Assembly: GCA_041649135.1 (NCBI GenBank) | Contig: JBAZNQ010000001.1 | Span: 361,983 to 425,982, forward strand | Length of the DNA: 64,000 nucleotides | Direction: 5' to 3' | Source of the DNA: Patescibacteria group bacterium | Lineage (GTDB): Bacteria > Patescibacteriota > Kazan-3B-28 | Part shown: positions 60,908 through 64,000 of the stretch, one piece after another | Layout of the letters: every line of letters starts with the position of its first letter | Position numbering within the stretch: the first letter of the stretch is position 1 | Translations under genes and position numbers: made by a program | The notes under the pieces: model-generated | Databases searched by the model: none | What the model was told of the DNA's origin: nothing | What the model saw: the letters and a program-made list of their open reading frames with translations, nothing else

Positions 60908-61420
60908 CTAGTCCTTCTGTCCCCAACCAGAAATCATCATCAGAATCAACGGCAATACCAATAACCAAGCCTGATAGTCCACCAGCTGTTTCGCTAGCTT
61001 TGAGCTGGCATAAATTTGGTCCAATTGGTCTTGCGGGACAAACCCCAGCAAAGCCGAGGCGATCACTGCCGCCGTCAATAGCCCATAAGCTATCAGTACC
61101 AGATAGGACATAAATCCAATACCGACAGAATCTGGATGGATCAGTACGCCACCCCTCAAAGCGATTATCAGCATTACTGCCGCAAATAAGGCAATTTGCA
61201 CCGTCAGGACTGAAACATTACCACTGACGAACTGTTCATTTAAAACACTTCCACCCTGCTTTGTCAAGACTTGGTAAAGCGCCTCGCCCCAGCGATCTGC
61301 CACTATCATCCCAGCGTAGGCTGCTAATAACGTTACTACTACTTTCTCCCGCAACATCAAAGAGTAGACGACACTCGCGCCCCCAAATACCAACAGAACT
61401 AAATCCCAACTCGGTACCAT
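60908..61420 (-). CDS. Hypothetical membrane protein
   Basis: ORF with hydrophobic helices. Confidence 0.4.
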   Translation of the reverse strand: MVPSWDLVLLVFGGASVVYSLMLREKVVVTLLAAYAGMIVADRWGEALYQVLTKQGGSVLNEQFVSGNVSVLTVQIALFAAVMLIIALRGGVLIHPDSVGIGFMSYLVLIAYGLLTAAVIASALLGFVPQDQLDQIYASSKLAKQLVDYQAWLLVLPLILMMISGWGQKD

Positions 61421-61614
61421 AATAAAAACCTAGTTTCATCATAACAAACCAGCCAAGAAAAGTTAATTTATTCTCCCCCTCCGCCACTGGAACATATGGG
61501 TCCAATCTCACCAATCTTCACAAATCTAAGCAATCTAAACAAAAAAAAGACTCTATACCCTCCCAAGGCGGGTAGACAAACCAAAATGCCTGAAAAACCA
61601 GAAAAAGTAAAGAC

Positions 61615-61700
61615 AGCCTTCTCTAGTCATTGCGAGGAATGTAATGACGAAGCAATCTTTATAACAGATTGCCGCGCGACGCTCGCAATGACAAAAAAGA
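61615..61700. repeat. MITE-like hairpin (gtcattgcgagg...ctcgcaatgac)
   Basis: Inverted repeats with GTCAT/ATGAC ends. Confidence 0.6.
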
Positions 61701-61703
61701 CGA

Positions 61704-62801
61704 TTAATCTCTAAATTCTTTATCCAAATCCTGCAACAGCCGCCGTTGTTTAATCGTCAATCTCTCCGGCACATCAATATCAATCTGTAAATATAAACTG
61801 CCGTTCGCCCCACCACTCTGACGCACACCATGATCTTTCACCCGCAAAATCTCACCCGCTCTAGTACTAGGCGGAACTTTGATATTGATCTCACCAAATA
61901 ACGTTTTGAATTTCACGCTTCCACCTAAAACCGCCGTCGTAAACGGAATTGTCATTGTTTTATACAAATCCATCCCCGACCGACGATATTCGCGATTTGG
62001 TCGAATTCGTACGGACATAAATAAGTCACCGGTTTTACCACCACGCAATCCGGCATTACCTTCCTCGCGTACTCGAATAGTCTGACCCTCATCAATCCCA
62101 GCGGGAATTTTAATTTTCACTTCTTTTTGCTGACGCATTCGACCAGACCCGCGACAATTCCGACATTCTTTTTCTGGTACTTCACCTATACCACGACAAG
62201 TTGGACAAGTCTGGCTCTGACGAACCGCTCCGAAAACTGTTTGGCGTGCGACCTCAATTCGCCCCGCACCGCCACACTTACTACAACTGGCCTGTTTTTT
62301 AGTTGTCGAACCAGTCCCATCACAAGTCTTACACGCAAGTTCTTTATTGATCAAAATGGTTTTTTCTCCGCCAAAGATAGCCTCTTCAAAACTTAATTCC
62401 ATCACCACTTCAATATCCTCACCCCGCAAGATATCCTCCTTGTTGCGTTTGCGACCACCCCGCGGACTCCCACCAAAAAATGTTTCAAAAATATCTTCAA
62501 ATCCGGTTCCGCCAAAATTACTAAAATCAAAACCACCAAAACCAGCGCCACTTTGCGGGCCAGCCCCATTCCCGAAAGTTTGACCATATTGGTCATATTG
62601 CCGGCGTTTATCTTCATCCGCCAACACCTGATATGCTTCGTTTATTTCTTTGAATTTCTTTTCCGCTTCTGCCCCTTTCGCTTTGTCCGGATGATATCTT
62701 AAAGCCAGCTTCCGATAAGCCCTCTTTATCTCCTCCGTCGAAGCACCTTTCGGCACTCCCAAAATATTGTAATAGTCTTTACCCATACTCTTTGAAGTCA
62801 T
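61704..62801 (-). CDS. dnaJ: Chaperone DnaJ
   Basis: J-domain with HPD; G/F-rich region; 4 x CxxCxGxG zinc finger. Confidence 0.9.
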   Translation of the reverse strand: MTSKSMGKDYYNILGVPKGASTEEIKRAYRKLALRYHPDKAKGAEAEKKFKEINEAYQVLADEDKRRQYDQYGQTFGNGAGPQSGAGFGGFDFSNFGGTGFEDIFETFFGGSPRGGRKRNKEDILRGEDIEVVMELSFEEAIFGGEKTILINKELACKTCDGTGSTTKKQASCSKCGGAGRIEVARQTVFGAVRQSQTCPTCRGIGEVPEKECRNCRGSGRMRQQKEVKIKIPAGIDEGQTIRVREEGNAGLRGGKTGDLFMSVRIRPNREYRRSGMDLYKTMTIPFTTAVLGGSVKFKTLFGEINIKVPPSTRAGEILRVKDHGVRQSGGANGSLYLQIDIDVPERLTIKQRRLLQDLDKEFRD

Positions 62802-62925
62802 CCCCGCCTCCGAGCGGGGATCCAGACAAAAACAGAAAAACTTTTTATTTTACTTTCCTTGGCCGCGTCCTGCAGACTTGTCCGCAGGCAGGCTGGATTC
62901 TCCGATCAAGCCGGAGAATGACTCA
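62795..62925. repeat. MITE-like element (gtcatccccgcctccgagcggggatcc ... attctccgatcaagccggagaatgac)
   Basis: Same architecture as 35955-36075 and 40195-40288. Confidence 0.65.
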
Positions 62926-62994
62926 CCAGAGAAACACCACCAGCTACCCCAATTGGTGAGATTGGTGAGATTGTTCAGATTGGATAGATTATTT

Positions 62995-63720
62995 TCAGCT
63001 CGCCGGCACCTGTACTTTGCCGTCATAAGCATCAATCGATAATTGCAACAAATCACCCGACGAATCAGTCGCCCGATAAGTAATAAACCAGTTCAAATAC
63101 TGACCCACTGGTTTGCCTAGGATCACTGATACCTCAAACTTTGGATGCTGTGTCCGGAAAGCCGCACCGCCATTGGTCTCCGCCAATTTCAACGCATCAA
63201 CATACGACAGCTTCCAGAATTGATACGGCACCGGGATCAAACTGAACGGCAATTCCATATCAGTTTGTGGCATCAAAAATCTCTTAATCCCCTCGCCGTT
63301 ATGCGGCACATTCACCATATAGTAGTACTTGGTATCAGTTGGCGAAACGAAAATGTAATAGTTGGTGACAAGACCCGATGAATCCGACAACGAATTCACA
63401 AACTTCATTGATACCAACTGCAGTATTACATCACTCTTCAGTTCCTTGATTGATGCCGTAGCTTTAGTTAGCTCTTGCTGTAACAGCGGTCGAGTCGCAT
63501 CCGGATCTGGCAGATCACCACTTTGACTCGTCTGATCGCCAGTTGTTTGATTGGTAATGTTGGCGATAGAGTTATTCACCGCTTCATTATTAGTGATCTC
63601 GTTATTAGTATCATCCGTAGATCCTCGTCGACAACTCGCCGCCGACAAAGACACCATTACCATGGCGCCAACGGTTAACAATACCAGAATGCTAGCGTAT
63701 TTTTTCATTAATTTCCCCAA
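62995..63720 (-). CDS. Putative lipoprotein
   Basis: Signal peptide with lipobox-like LSAASC. Confidence 0.5.
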   Translation of the reverse strand: MGKLMKKYASILVLLTVGAMVMVSLSAASCRRGSTDDTNNEITNNEAVNNSIANITNQTTGDQTSQSGDLPDPDATRPLLQQELTKATASIKELKSDVILQLVSMKFVNSLSDSSGLVTNYYIFVSPTDTKYYYMVNVPHNGEGIKRFLMPQTDMELPFSLIPVPYQFWKLSYVDALKLAETNGGAAFRTQHPKFEVSVILGKPVGQYLNWFITYRATDSSGDLLQLSIDAYDGKVQVPAS

Positions 63721-64000
63721 ACGATGCTACAACACTAGCATATTATTTCTTAAGCATTTAGACCAGCCCCACAAAATATCAACGTGCTTCCTCGATGCCT
63801 CGGAAAGACAAATTTTACTTTTGTGTCCCCGAGGAACCGAGGGGCTACCATAACTGTTCACTATTCACCATTCACTTTTAACTATTCTCTCCCTCGTCCT
63901 TCTTCTCATCCATCGGCTCTTGCGTAAAATCTGCTTCCTTCGCTCCGCCTTCTCCTGATTGGTTAGATTGGTCAGATTGTTGAGATTGGTTAGATTGCCC

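Overview
This 64-kb window looks like a small-genome, CPR-like (Candidate Phyla Radiation) bacterium, though the lineage assignment is an inference from sequence features alone. Genes are short and mostly on the minus strand. The 16S rRNA gene is interrupted by an intervening sequence that encodes a LAGLIDADG homing endonuclease. Ribosomal proteins L1 and L7/L12 carry N-terminal extensions. The ribosomal-protein cluster (rplK, rplA ... rplJ, rplL) is split by a pyrimidine-dNTP island (dut, dcd-like, tmk, thyX). Recognisable housekeeping genes include tgt, clpP, tig, rpoD, PBP1A, tyrS, recG, recO, dnaJ, xerC/D, htrA, holB, rsmD, comEA, an LCP protein and a LysM-M23 peptidase. Seven tRNAs are present. 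One accessory island (22.8-26.6 kb) holds a type II restriction-modification system (alpha-class SPPY methylase, MvaI/BcnI-family endonuclease, controller C-protein). Next to it is a HEPN-motif protein preceded by a 64-aa ORF. This pair is a candidate toxin-antitoxin or abortive-infection module.

Intergenic DNA is unusually rich in repeats, and that is the main surprise of the window. First, a ~250-nt element is present three times and shows compensatory base changes in several helices, so it is a candidate structured ncRNA or structured mobile element. Second, a ~220-nt element is present twice, once directly downstream of the 16S 3' end. Third, there is a family of MITE-like nested hairpins (GTCATTCC...GGAATGAC). 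Fourth, many heptanucleotide tandem arrays occur, several of them abutting the stop codons of minus-strand genes. Fifth, degenerate tandem copies of gene 3' ends occur, including an in-frame copy of dUTPase motif V behind the stop of the dcd-like gene. All gene calls are based on motif reading; no database search was possible.
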